From a virus: a DNA stretch of 64,000 nt. The stretch spans positions 1 to 64,000 of the IMG/VR virus record IMGVR_UViG_3300047409_000248; one strand, written 5' to 3'. Numbering within the stretch: position 1 is the stretch's first letter; every line of letters begins with the position of its first letter. Shown here piece after piece: positions 10,422-19,805 of this stretch. A model generated the notes under the pieces. It had not been told where the DNA came from, did not search any database, and saw only the letters and a list, made by a program, of their open reading frames with translations. A program made the translations under genes and the position numbers.

Positions 10422-10957
10422 TGGCTAATGGTGAAAAAGTCGTGGTCACTAATCCAGACCCGACAGAAGCTGTTAAAGAAGCGTTAACGCTTGCGATTAA
10501 AAATTTATCTGACCAAGTTGCCAACCAGTTTGATGCAAATGATAAAGCAGTCATCCTTGCGCGCGATGAACTTGCATCACAACTTAGCGCGATGATTGTC
10601 ACTATCGATGGTAAGTTTGCTGCCAACAAGGATTTGGTCGACCAATTGGCCAAAGCCAATGCGGTTGCTCTGACTGCGGCGCTGAGCACTCAGAAGGAAA
10701 GTGCCGCCAAGAGCGAGGTGGCGGTTGGAGATATGCTCAAGCAGTTACAGGCTTCGTTCGAGACCGCGAACCGCACCACGAATGAGAAGATTGACCGGCT
10801 GACCTCCAGAATGGATACCGGAGAAGGGCGTGGGTTCGGCACTGTAGAAAGCAAGCATGATCGGTTTGCTGATAAAGGACAGGCGCTGACTATTGTAGCG
10901 ATAATAATCGCTGGGGCGGCTCTCGCCTATTCCATCTTTGGACATTTTAAGCCATAG
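10421..10957 (+). CDS. Coiled-coil protein with C-terminal TM
   Basis: TAATG overlap start; C-terminal ALTIVAIIIAGAALAYSIF. Confidence 0.6.
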   Translation: MANGEKVVVTNPDPTEAVKEALTLAIKNLSDQVANQFDANDKAVILARDELASQLSAMIVTIDGKFAANKDLVDQLAKANAVALTAALSTQKESAAKSEVAVGDMLKQLQASFETANRTTNEKIDRLTSRMDTGEGRGFGTVESKHDRFADKGQALTIVAIIIAGAALAYSIFGHFKP

Positions 10958-11040
10958 AAAAAGACCTTCTTGTCAAGACTTTAACCTCACTATCTATCAT
11001 GTTAGCCACCCTTACCTAAATCAGGCAGGGGTTCTTCCTT

Positions 11041-11394
11041 ATGAAGAAGATCATCATCACCACGATCTTTCTATTACTCACGTCAGCCGCACAAGCCCAG
11101 ATCATCTCCCATCCCAGTGGATGCCCTCGCAGGGCATTCTGTGGCTGTGGCGCTGCGGTGGAAGTATTCGGTAGGCCAATAAGGGACCTCTGGCTGGCAG
11201 CTAACTGGTTCCGCTTCCCAAGAAGCCATCCAGCGCCCGGGATGGCGGCGGTACGGCGCCATCATGTGTTTGTGTTGCGCCAGCACGTCGCTGGTAACGT
11301 CTGGCTGGTCTATGACGCCAATTCAGGTCGGCATCAGACCCGTGTCCACACTCGATCCCTGAGCGGATACGTGGTAGTAAATCCACGTGGCTAA
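11041..11394 (+). CDS. Secreted CHAP/NlpC-like small protein (Bradyrhizobium-type family)
   Basis: Signal peptide; FCGC...HHVFVL...VYDANSG gives Cys/His/polar spacing. Confidence 0.6.
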   Translation: MKKIIITTIFLLLTSAAQAQIISHPSGCPRRAFCGCGAAVEVFGRPIRDLWLAANWFRFPRSHPAPGMAAVRRHHVFVLRQHVAGNVWLVYDANSGRHQTRVHTRSLSGYVVVNPRG

Positions 11395-11611
11395 AATCTT
11401 TGTATTAATCCTGTTGCTGGGTAGTGATTCAGCACAAGCGGCTGACTTTGAGGAACCAAAAATACCGTCTCGGTTCACATGCGCCATCGTCAAGGCGCTA
11501 TACAAAAAGTACTCAAAGCAATACTCGCAGGTAGATATGGAAAACTACCTGCGAAGTAAGCATATACCGGAAGAGAAGATAGAGAGTGCTAGACGGTGCT
11601 TGGCGGCGTAA
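11387..11611 (+). CDS. Small secreted hypothetical protein
   Basis: Signal peptide and two Cys. Confidence 0.5.
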   Translation: MAKIFVLILLLGSDSAQAADFEEPKIPSRFTCAIVKALYKKYSKQYSQVDMENYLRSKHIPEEKIESARRCLAA

Positions 11612-11831
11612 CTGCCGTGGTCAGCGCCGTGTTGTTGGTCTCGATCTGGGTAGCCGCCGCATCGATAGCAGCCTGATCGTTGGCGGCAAGAGCGGCTACA
11701 ACGGCAGCCACAGCTTCGGTATTGGCCGCAACAGCGGTATTAAGACGGGTAAGGTCAGCCATGATGATCTCCAAGAGTTCGCGGTCAGTCCGCCAAAACC
11801 ATCGGCGGTAAAGCCTGAGGTATCGTACCAT
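11589..11831 (-). CDS. Ala-rich coiled-coil hypothetical protein
   Basis: GGAGGG SD; MADLTRLNTAVAAN pattern. Confidence 0.55.
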   Translation of the reverse strand: MVRYLRLYRRWFWRTDRELLEIIMADLTRLNTAVAANTEAVAAVVAALAANDQAAIDAAATQIETNNTALTTAVTPPSTV

Positions 11832-11858
11832 TAGTCCCTCCTGCTGTCAGCTACAACA

Positions 11859-12257
11859 TTATGAACCTGATATAGTTGCAGCTACAGCTTGGGCGTAATC
11901 CAGTTTTCTATCAAGCTCCTTGACGTGACGCTCATGCCCAATAAGTGCGTCATCCTTGGTGGAATAGCGCTCGCAGGACATCTCCTCGCCCATATCACAC
12001 ACACAATTGCCAGCATCGCCCGGCTTTTCCCAACGATGGTCATCGAAGACCATTGTCTCAAACAGGATCGGGGGGCCTTTTCCTGACCAATTATGGTCAA
12101 TACCGAGAAAGACGGTCGAAACAAGATAACCATCTCTTTCGTACTGTTTTATGACAGTATTATCATGGTTCTCAAACCAAGTACCCCATACCCGCAAGGG
12201 TACATCTTTTGGGATGCCTTCTTCGTCCAGTATCCAGCGCTTGATACGATCAATCAT
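11859..12257 (-). CDS. Conserved phage hypothetical protein
   Basis: VSTVFLGIDHNW...PILFETMVF...RYST..AL.GH motif family. Confidence 0.75.
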   Translation of the reverse strand: MIDRIKRWILDEEGIPKDVPLRVWGTWFENHDNTVIKQYERDGYLVSTVFLGIDHNWSGKGPPILFETMVFDDHRWEKPGDAGNCVCDMGEEMSCERYSTKDDALIGHERHVKELDRKLDYAQAVAATISGS

Positions 12258-12456
12258 CGCAAGCCGCCTCCGCCCAGCTAGCCAGCATCACCGGCAGTCC
12301 ATACTCTCCATGTAAGTCGGCGGGCTTCCATTCCTCTTCAACCTCAGAGGCTAAATCCTCTTGCATGCGAACAAGCTCGCCGCAGAACTCCATTAGTTCT
12401 CCATAGCTCATCTCCAAGATGAGGGCTGCGATTTTGGCCTTCCTTGATTTATCCAT
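12250..12456 (-). CDS. Hypothetical protein
   Basis: Coupled to both neighbouring genes. Confidence 0.55.
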   Translation of the reverse strand: MDKSRKAKIAALILEMSYGELMEFCGELVRMQEDLASEVEEEWKPADLHGEYGLPVMLASWAEAACDD

Positions 12457-13526
12457 CAGTGCCTTACTCCAAATCCCATAGAGCGGACCTTACCGCCCTT
12501 ACCCTGATTGAATAGCTCGGCAATGGTGTACTCGCGCTTCTCCATGGGGATGGGAAGACTGGCCGCCTTGGCCGCCGCCTGAGCCTCAGTCAGGTTCAGG
12601 GCGCGAGTATGCAGAACCCCAAAGCATCGTCCCGGACGCAGTAGCGCCTGATCTACCCGGGTAAAATCATTCAGGTTGGTGGTAAACACCAGCTTCTTAT
12701 TGGGAAGCTTGATCAGGCCGTCCGAGACGTTCAGGAAGCGGGACATCATGTCATTGCCATCCCGCTCCCGGTCAGACAGGATGGTATCGGCATCCTCGAT
12801 GATCAGGACATCGCCGTCTTCATCAAACAGGAAGCTCTGGAACACCTTATCGTTACGCATCAGGGCCTCATCATAGATAACGTGAGCCGTCAGCTTGTGG
12901 TCCACGATCAGATGGCGCAGCAGCGTGGTCTTGCCGGTGCCGGGAGGGCCAGACAGCATCAGGATGCTCTCCGGAGCCGCCAGATATTCTTCCAGATATT
13001 TGGCCGGATCACCCAAGTCCGGGTAGAATTCAGGACGCAGAACGGTCTTATTGGGCGGCAGATGCATATCCCGGGTGACAGGACCATGCTGTTCTTGGGT
13101 CCACCATTTGATCTGGGATAACTGGGTATTGTCCAGAGAGGACTCGATCTCATTCTGGACGGCCTCAACAGCATCAGGATGACCTAGTATCTCTATGCCG
13201 ATATCATAAACACCAAGAGAAGATTTTCCTCTGCGGATATTGTTGGTGGTGGCTTGAATGAGAATGGGATACTTGTCGTGCTTGCCGGTCACAATCACAT
13301 TATGTCCTCCCCACGGCATGACAGCGCGAGCATTCTTAAGAGGCGCCTTCAAGCGCTCAATAATGCTGGCCATGGAATTTTGCTCTTTATCCAGACACAC
13401 GCTTACCTTAGCGCTCAGGATATCCGTGGCATTATCCACGATAAACTTCTGAGTGAATTGATGCCAACTGGAGCCATCCACGACGGTAGAATGGCCCATA
13501 TCCATTAGCTTGCCGATATCAGTCAC
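12456..13526 (-). CDS. AAA+ ATPase (classical clade)
   Basis: GPPGTGKT, IIEDAD, TTN, DQALLRPGR. Probable GTG start at 13526 after AGAGGGAAA; the frame is open to 13712. Confidence 0.85.
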   Translation of the reverse strand: MTDIGKLMDMGHSTVVDGSSWHQFTQKFIVDNATDILSAKVSVCLDKEQNSMASIIERLKAPLKNARAVMPWGGHNVIVTGKHDKYPILIQATTNNIRRGKSSLGVYDIGIEILGHPDAVEAVQNEIESSLDNTQLSQIKWWTQEQHGPVTRDMHLPPNKTVLRPEFYPDLGDPAKYLEEYLAAPESILMLSGPPGTGKTTLLRHLIVDHKLTAHVIYDEALMRNDKVFQSFLFDEDGDVLIIEDADTILSDRERDGNDMMSRFLNVSDGLIKLPNKKLVFTTNLNDFTRVDQALLRPGRCFGVLHTRALNLTEAQAAAKAASLPIPMEKREYTIAELFNQGKGGKVRSMGFGVRH

Positions 13527-13669
13527 TGACTTTTTCCCTCTTGTGATCTCTGTAATTCCCGCTGAGGCTCTGCCTGCTGTCCACCAGCCTTGTGGAGCAA
13601 CGCATTCTTCCAGAAATATTTCTTTATAGTGTTTGTATTCTTCTTCATTCCATACGGACGGAAGAGCAC

Positions 13670-14047
13670 CTATGTTCTCCGTATCGTCTTCCCACTCATG
13701 GTCCTCTTCCATCCTGACGCTCTCGATCCCGGAAATGGCCTACTCTTCCTTAGTTTTACACCCAGATGTTTGGCTTTTTTATGGTAGATGCGGGATTTTT
13801 CCGCAACATCTGCTTTTGTTTTGATCTTGTCGCAGGCTTCGTGAATAGGACGAAGGTTACTCTCACGATTTTCCCCACCGTTAATCAGCGCAATAGTGTG
13901 GTCACACACCCATCGTTTGGCGACAATCTTGATGGTGCAAATGCCACAGATGCCGCCATGGTTAGTAAAAATCCTAATGCGAACGCGAGGAGGAATGGCC
14001 GCGTCATCATTCTTTCCAATCCATTCCTCATCCAGACTTCTGCTCAT
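13670..14047 (-). CDS. HNH endonuclease
   Basis: CGIC...CDHTIALINGGENRESNL...H; AAGGAG SD before ATG 14047. Confidence 0.85.
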   Translation of the reverse strand: MSRSLDEEWIGKNDDAAIPPRVRIRIFTNHGGICGICTIKIVAKRWVCDHTIALINGGENRESNLRPIHEACDKIKTKADVAEKSRIYHKKAKHLGVKLRKSRPFPGSRASGWKRTMSGKTIRRT

Positions 14048-14234
14048 CGGACTCCTTGCCTGATCGCCAGAGTAATTAGAAAACAACCCAGCAAAAGATG
14101 CCGATGACCCCGATCAGCAGTGGGGTCATGGCGATGAATATCAACCAGTTCTTTAGTGTGCTCATTCACTACCTCGGACAGCCGGCCTGATCGCTATTGT
14201 GGCATCTCTGCGATGGTCTCATGTGTTTCGCTTT

Positions 14235-14384
14235 CTACTGATGACCGTCGAAGTCGGCCTCTAGCCACCGCATCAAATCTTCGAAATTGTCGAATGTCTT
14301 CGCGGGCGGCTTCTTCGCGGCTTCCAAAAGCTCTTTAACAAAGTCGGGGCCATATTTCTGAGGTTCGTCTTTCTCGCGGGGCAT
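14235..14384 (-). CDS. Small protein resembling the C-terminal part of RelB/DinJ antitoxins
   Basis: ELLEAAKKPPAKTFDNFEDLMRWLE; AAGGAG SD before ATG 14384. Confidence 0.4.
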   Translation of the reverse strand: MPREKDEPQKYGPDFVKELLEAAKKPPAKTFDNFEDLMRWLEADFDGHQ

Positions 14385-14667
14385 CCCCGGTCTCCTTGCC
14401 TGATCGCTAGTGCGGGTCCGTTGGGCCAAACCAATCCTCGACCGCCTTCTGGATGGTCATGGCGAGGTCGTGGCAGGCATTTTCATGAGCCGTGAAGCCG
14501 CCTCGGGCGCTCGAATGCTCGTCAGGCGGAACATCCTTCAGGAAATGTTCGGCTAGTTCGTAGCAGGCTGGATCATAATTCTTGGTGCCCATTTTGATAC
14601 CTTCGCGGATCATCGTTGTTGAAAAGATACGTCTAAGTTTCATTGTTTCGGAGTGTTTGAATGATCG

Positions 14668-14943
14668 CTACATTCCCTTAGGCTTACGGTATACACAAAG
14701 CAGCTTGGGTTTATACCCACGTAATATGCAAAGGTGATCCCGGTTATCTTTTGACCAGCGAAGGCGTGGATCAGTATAAGACAATATGCCGAAATTCTGT
14801 ACGATTACACCATCCTTTCCTTCTTCAACTGTTCCATCAGGAACAGGAGAACAATGCTGTTCATCACAGCAAGATAGCTCATACCATTCATGAGCGGCAG
14901 CAGGGCCTCCTAGAAGGATCAGGATCGGAAGGAACCACTTCAT
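14668..14943 (-). CDS. Secreted Cys-rich hypothetical protein
   Basis: Signal peptide, then HEWY..SCC...HC. Confidence 0.65.
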   Translation of the reverse strand: MKWFLPILILLGGPAAAHEWYELSCCDEQHCSPVPDGTVEEGKDGVIVQNFGILSYTDPRLRWSKDNRDHLCILRGYKPKLLCVYRKPKGM

Positions 14944-15260
14944 TTCTTCTTCCAGAACTTGCTGCGCTTGGTGTATTTGCGTTTTCCTTTGGTCGAAGTC
15001 TTTTCCACCTTGATCTTCTTGACCTTGGTTGGCTTGGCAGTAGGGATGCCGCTTTCTATAAAGCTGCATGCTTTCTCAGCAACATTAATCAGCGCATCGC
15101 CATCGAAACCACGCCGGATGAACTCCACAGTAATGCTTTCGCGTCTGCGAAGCGCTTCGCTATAAACTTGGCCTTCCAGCCAGTCGATGCGGGATTGAGT
15201 TGCTTTCTCATACTGGGCTGCTGTGTATTCGTTTTCTTTCTCTCTTTCGGATTTGGTCAT
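14940..15260 (-). CDS. Hypothetical protein with basic tail
   Basis: ATGA coupling on both sides. Confidence 0.55.
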   Translation of the reverse strand: MTKSEREKENEYTAAQYEKATQSRIDWLEGQVYSEALRRRESITVEFIRRGFDGDALINVAEKACSFIESGIPTAKPTKVKKIKVEKTSTKGKRKYTKRSKFWKKK

Positions 15261-15589
15261 AGGCGGCTTTCTGCTCTGTGTGTTGCTTCCTGAGACATGA
15301 GTTCTTGAAAACGCATCCTCAAGAACTCCATTTGAACTTTGTATAAATTAGCTTGTCGTCTGGCTTCCACCATCTTGGTAACGTGATCTTTCCACTGAGG
15401 GGAAGACTTAACCAAGACCTCTGCACGATTTACAGCAAGCTTGATGTTCTCGCTGATCAGCTTGCTTGTCATGTCAGCGAAGTATGCGCTCTTGGTCTCC
15501 TCCAGAAGCGATGCGGCAGCGTCTGCGTCAACCCACAGGTTGGCCGCCGTCCTATATTGTTCCGATATGGGCTGGTTGTTGCTCATCAA
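15257..15589 (-). CDS. Helical phage recombination-module protein (possibly UvsY-like mediator)
   Basis: Context next to SSB/ERF; all-helical pattern. Confidence 0.5.
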   Translation of the reverse strand: MMSNNQPISEQYRTAANLWVDADAAASLLEETKSAYFADMTSKLISENIKLAVNRAEVLVKSSPQWKDHVTKMVEARRQANLYKVQMEFLRMRFQELMSQEATHRAESRL

Positions 15590-16053
15590 TCCTTCCGATG
15601 AAGTTCCAGATGATGAGGTTTACAAAGCCACCTAACCTCTAACGGTTTAGAATAATCATCATGATGAGCTTCTGCCCTCTTACCGCATTTCTCACATTGC
15701 TGTCTGGAAAGCTTTCCATCACGGATCGCGTTTCCAACTTTTATATGAGCACTCCTCTTATCGCGATTGGCCGCAAGCCACTTTTCTTTATCTCGCTTTC
15801 TAGCCTGAGTCCATTCAGGATCGATACCGTATTTATTTTTATAATTCGCTCTAACTTTTTTCTTTCTGGAATCAGTGCGGCCTCGGACGCGATCATACTT
15901 ATGGATATCTTCCAGATTTAGCTCTCGATGCTTCATAACTCTAGTCTTAACGCAATCCTTGCATTTATTAAGATGGCCATCCGCCATCTTCTTGTGGACA
16001 TAGAAGTCCTCAAGATTTTTAACTATACCGCAAGAGTTGCATTTCTTCTTCAT
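15586..16053 (-). CDS. Zn-finger/HNH-like endonuclease
   Basis: CxxC...CxxC and CEKCG..AEAHHDDYSKPLEVRWLCKPHH. Confidence 0.75.
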   Translation of the reverse strand: MKKKCNSCGIVKNLEDFYVHKKMADGHLNKCKDCVKTRVMKHRELNLEDIHKYDRVRGRTDSRKKKVRANYKNKYGIDPEWTQARKRDKEKWLAANRDKRSAHIKVGNAIRDGKLSRQQCEKCGKRAEAHHDDYSKPLEVRWLCKPHHLELHRKD

Positions 16054-16373
16054 CTAAACTCTGGAGCGAATGGGATGTCGTCGCTATCCAAATCGTCTGG
16101 TTTACGAGCATCTGGTCTGACTTGTGGCGCTGGCCGCTTGAACTTGTTGACTGCTGGCGTGAACGAACCTCCAGTACCTGTTCCAGCATCGATCTTGGCC
16201 TGACCTCGCTTATCTTCAGATACCTGAAGATACTGGTTGCCAGCCGCTGAAGTCTTTTCCCAGAGAGATATGGCATGTTTGACGCCATCGATCTCTATAA
16301 CGCCAGAGAAGACTGGTCCGTTGGGGGCGTCCTTGCTGAACAAGGCGCCACTGATGCGATATTTCCCGGTCAT
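16050..16373 (-). CDS. ssb: Single-stranded DNA-binding protein (phage type)
   Basis: OB-like N-terminus, acidic DDLDSDDIPF tail, adjacent to ERF. Confidence 0.7.
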   Translation of the reverse strand: MTGKYRISGALFSKDAPNGPVFSGVIEIDGVKHAISLWEKTSAAGNQYLQVSEDKRGQAKIDAGTGTGGSFTPAVNKFKRPAPQVRPDARKPDDLDSDDIPFAPEFR

Positions 16374-17260
16374 GCTTTGGTCTCCTCTTTCTTCAGGTCA
16401 TTGATGGCCTTGATGATGGACATGCTCAGATTGGCAAAGGTCTTGGGAGCATCCTTCTCCATCTGGCCCAGCGCCGTCTGGTTCAGTTCGCGCCACATCT
16501 CAGCCATCTCTGAGTTAGGGCTCTCCTTGATTGACGCGATCAATTCCTTGCCAAAAGATACCCAGTCGCTGCCAGTCTGGTTGGCGTTCATTCCAATCAC
16601 AATCTTATACGGCCCCTGAATTGTGGTTATCGCTACTCCGTCACCGGGCGGTTCATTTGTCGGCAAGCCGCTCTTGATTTTTATACCAGTTGATATCGGG
16701 TCTTCTTTCATTACATCAGGCTTTGGAGCAATTGGCTTGCGATCCTGAACCTGATTTATAACATTACCATCTGCGGCGTTGGCATCGTCATCTTCTTCTG
16801 CCGCAATGCCCAAGAGGCTTGTCAGTGAGTACCGGCGCATGAAAGTCAGAGCCGAACCAAATTGTTGGTTGCCGCCACCATCAAACAATAGCGGCGTCTG
16901 GCAAGCGATCCACTGCCCAGAACCATGCATGAGCCGAGTATCCAGAATGTACGTACCCTCATCCAGCTTCATGATTTGTGTAAACCACAGACCATTCTCT
17001 GTCAGGGGCAATCTGACCATATCGATGATATGGTCCAATGTGGCGTAGCGAAATGAATAACCTTGTCCGCCAGATTTGGGCGTGACCTTGACTTCCCGGT
17101 TTCGCTCCGGAGACCTGATCTTGGCTTGAGCCAAAGCCAGCGCCTGTACAAGCTGTTCGATGTTCTCGGAGCGAGTTGGATCAGTCCAGCGGGGTAATAC
17201 GGATACTTCCATTTTTGGCTCGCTTGGCTTGTAAACCACGTCCGTAAATGCGTCTGACAT
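16370..17260 (-). CDS. erf: ERF-family single-strand annealing protein (start uncertain)
   Basis: YATLD...GSALTFMRRYSLTSLLGIAAEEDDDAN. Confidence 0.9.
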   Translation of the reverse strand: MSDAFTDVVYKPSEPKMEVSVLPRWTDPTRSENIEQLVQALALAQAKIRSPERNREVKVTPKSGGQGYSFRYATLDHIIDMVRLPLTENGLWFTQIMKLDEGTYILDTRLMHGSGQWIACQTPLLFDGGGNQQFGSALTFMRRYSLTSLLGIAAEEDDDANAADGNVINQVQDRKPIAPKPDVMKEDPISTGIKIKSGLPTNEPPGDGVAITTIQGPYKIVIGMNANQTGSDWVSFGKELIASIKESPNSEMAEMWRELNQTALGQMEKDAPKTFANLSMSIIKAINDLKKEETKA

Positions 17261-17981
17261 CTGCTGGTACCATCCCCTTGATTGCTTCAACTGACTTTGC
17301 GAATTTCTCAGCATGGCCTCTGTTCAAGAGCCAATCATCTGCTGCTTCAGCATAGGCATTGTTTGTGGTCAAATTAAGTTCTCGCATTTGTTCGTGCGGG
17401 ACATAAATCGGCGCTGGTTCGATGATAACCGGCTCCGTCATCATCCAGACGTGGTTCATGAACCTGTTAGCCCGTGCCATCAATTCGTCAGCGTAGTCTT
17501 TGTCGTAATTGACGTACTCGACATATGGCTCAGCAGCGCCAGCAATGATGGAGATCGCGCACTTGTTGCTCTTGGTGCATTCCATCTGCCATGTCATCTG
17601 CGGGAAGTAGCGCTGAATAATTGTTTCAGTCTTTTCCCATCCTCCCACATGTTTAGTTTCCACTGGGCATAACAAAACCGGATCGAACCCGTCCAAGGTA
17701 GCGGCAGCCCAGTCATGGTCAGGATGTATAACCACCTCGCCACGGCGAGTAAGAGATACCCCGTGCTTTTTCTCGTACCAATCAAGGTTCAATCCCTCCG
17801 TAACTTCGCCCAATCTCACGGGCCAGTTGTCACTGAAGTCTGGCTCGACATAGCCGGGATCGCCAACCATCTCGCGCCAGAGGTTCATGATGCGCTCCTT
17901 GTCACCAGAGACAAGAGAGCCGATAGAGGAAGCCGTTAGCTTCCCCTGCCTAGCCGCTTTCTGTTCAGGAGTGAGTGCCAC
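17181..17981 (-). CDS. YqaJ/lambda-type exonuclease
   Basis: R..KLTAS...G...E...ATLDG...VETK...Q..WQM motifs. Confidence 0.88.
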   Translation of the reverse strand: MALTPEQKAARQGKLTASSIGSLVSGDKERIMNLWREMVGDPGYVEPDFSDNWPVRLGEVTEGLNLDWYEKKHGVSLTRRGEVVIHPDHDWAAATLDGFDPVLLCPVETKHVGGWEKTETIIQRYFPQMTWQMECTKSNKCAISIIAGAAEPYVEYVNYDKDYADELMARANRFMNHVWMMTEPVIIEPAPIYVPHEQMRELNLTTNNAYAEAADDWLLNRGHAEKFAKSVEAIKGMVPADVRRIYGRGLQAKRAKNGSIRITPLD

Positions 17982-18177
17982 GGATTTTCGTTACCTTATC
18001 CATAATATTCTTGGCAAATTGCTCTGCATGATCCACATCCATGCCGAACCACGCCACTTCTGTTCCGAAGTGGACAACGATCTTTTCCTGATCAATGCCA
18101 ACTCTAATTACTAATTCCCCCTCATCATCGTCATTAAGTTTTCCTTGAGGAAAATTACCTGTCGGTCCTGCTTTCAT
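17965..18177 (-). CDS. Conserved phage hypothetical protein
   Basis: GPTGNFPQGKLNDDDEGEL...FGTEVAWFGM motif. Confidence 0.65.
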   Translation of the reverse strand: MKAGPTGNFPQGKLNDDDEGELVIRVGIDQEKIVVHFGTEVAWFGMDVDHAEQFAKNIMDKVTKIRGTHS

Positions 18178-18650
18178 TTTATGATCTCCCGGATGCAGTT
18201 GCGAGTTTTGGTAGTTTGAAATCTTTCTTCTGGCGGTCCCTGATCTTGATCTCCATCAGGAACCAGAGAGCAATATTGGCGAAGTTAGCTGCCAATTCCA
18301 AATAGCCAGCACCCTTGATGGTATCCGTGATAAGGAAAGTCCCATTGAAGAAGAGAAAGAATGTTCTAACGTAGAAGCTACCGCGCCCACCGGCCAGTAC
18401 AAGTCTATTGTAAGCTTCTGGTCCCTTATTCTGGAGGATATATCGAGGCAGTGAGATCAGCGTGCTACATAAGAATACCATGGCGCCGATCCACATGCTC
18501 TGGCGCTGGATGCATGACAGAACAACAATGGTCATATCCAGAAAGATGAACGTCGCCACGAACATCCCTGTCCAGTCAAAGACCCAGAGATAGAGATCAT
18601 TGATCCGGGCGACTAACCAAGCATCAGCCTTTTTGTAAATCTCCATGGCG

Positions 18651-19805
18651 TCATGCTGCCTTTGACTTCTTGACAAATTTACCGTTCTCGCGAATGGCTC
18701 CACGCCGCCGCGCCATGCCTTCCTTTCGGCCAGCAGCCCGAACACTAGGGAGATCGGAGCGTTCGATCAGACGATTGATCTTCTGGCCCTTGTTCATATG
18801 ATCGACCATCAGACGATAGAGTAGATCAGCCGCCGCTCCACCACCAGCAGAAAGCTTCTGAATAGTGGGATCAGTCAAAGGAAACGCCTTCAGCTTCAAG
18901 CGCTGCTTGGCGTCAATCACCAAACGATTTTTATCCCAGAAGTTTTCATGAAGTGTAAATACCTTGGCAATCATGTTGAGGAAGTTCGCTCGCAAATGCG
19001 TCGTCAGGTCTACATATTTGACGCCTTTGATACCCCAGATTTCATCGATCACTTCATAGAAGCGATAGATGTTATCGCGCAAAACCTGAATGCCGACTTC
19101 ATCAGCCACCCGAGCCAGCAATGGTGGGATCAAGGTAACGGAAGTAGTCGGCCCTACAGAAGCAATACCTCTAGATAGGTGCAGCGCCACCTTGCAGTAG
19201 GAAGAGGCCGTCATAAGCTCGTTGCGGCTCATGCGTTGGTTCCAGCAAACACGCCCATAAAGCGCAAAACTGGGATCATTGTGCGTGAGGCCATAGAGCG
19301 TAAGCAGCCCGTTACTTTCCTCGCGAGCATTGCGAAGAATGATATTGGGAGACATCGCAGTGCGGCGGACATTCAGCAACGTAAAGAGTTCCTTCTCACT
19401 CTCACGCGTGGTGCTGAAGCGAACTTCGGCGCCAATCCTGATAGAGGCGATATCGTCTGGATTATTGACGGCATACTTGCGGAGCGCGCTTACCCGCTGG
19501 AGACCGTCGATGATATAAACATCATCCTCCAGATAGAACATCTGGCCGCGCGTCGTAAACTTCTCGCCACGCATGCCCAGCATAATGTCAGGCAGGCGCG
19601 TATGGTTCTCTACTGCGGCGTAGATAGATGATTTCTGCTTGTTGGCATGCTCCAGAATTTCCCGCTGGTAATCACCAACACGAAGCTCCAGAAGTGCAGC
19701 CAGATCAAGCCAGCCGTGTGCAACAATAGTTCCGTCACCCTTGTCATCCAGAGTAGCGTTCTGGAGGCGAACGGCAACGATCTCCCTCTCATGCTTGGCA
19801 GCCAT
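18651..19805 (-). CDS. DGQHR/ParB-Srx-fold protein
   Basis: YQRE...LPDIMLG...YIIDGLQRVSAL...E..LF..LN; AGAGGGAAA SD. Confidence 0.65.
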   Translation of the reverse strand: MAAKHEREIVAVRLQNATLDDKGDGTIVAHGWLDLAALLELRVGDYQREILEHANKQKSSIYAAVENHTRLPDIMLGMRGEKFTTRGQMFYLEDDVYIIDGLQRVSALRKYAVNNPDDIASIRIGAEVRFSTTRESEKELFTLLNVRRTAMSPNIILRNAREESNGLLTLYGLTHNDPSFALYGRVCWNQRMSRNELMTASSYCKVALHLSRGIASVGPTTSVTLIPPLLARVADEVGIQVLRDNIYRFYEVIDEIWGIKGVKYVDLTTHLRANFLNMIAKVFTLHENFWDKNRLVIDAKQRLKLKAFPLTDPTIQKLSAGGGAAADLLYRLMVDHMNKGQKINRLIERSDLPSVRAAGRKEGMARRRGAIRENGKFVKKSKAA

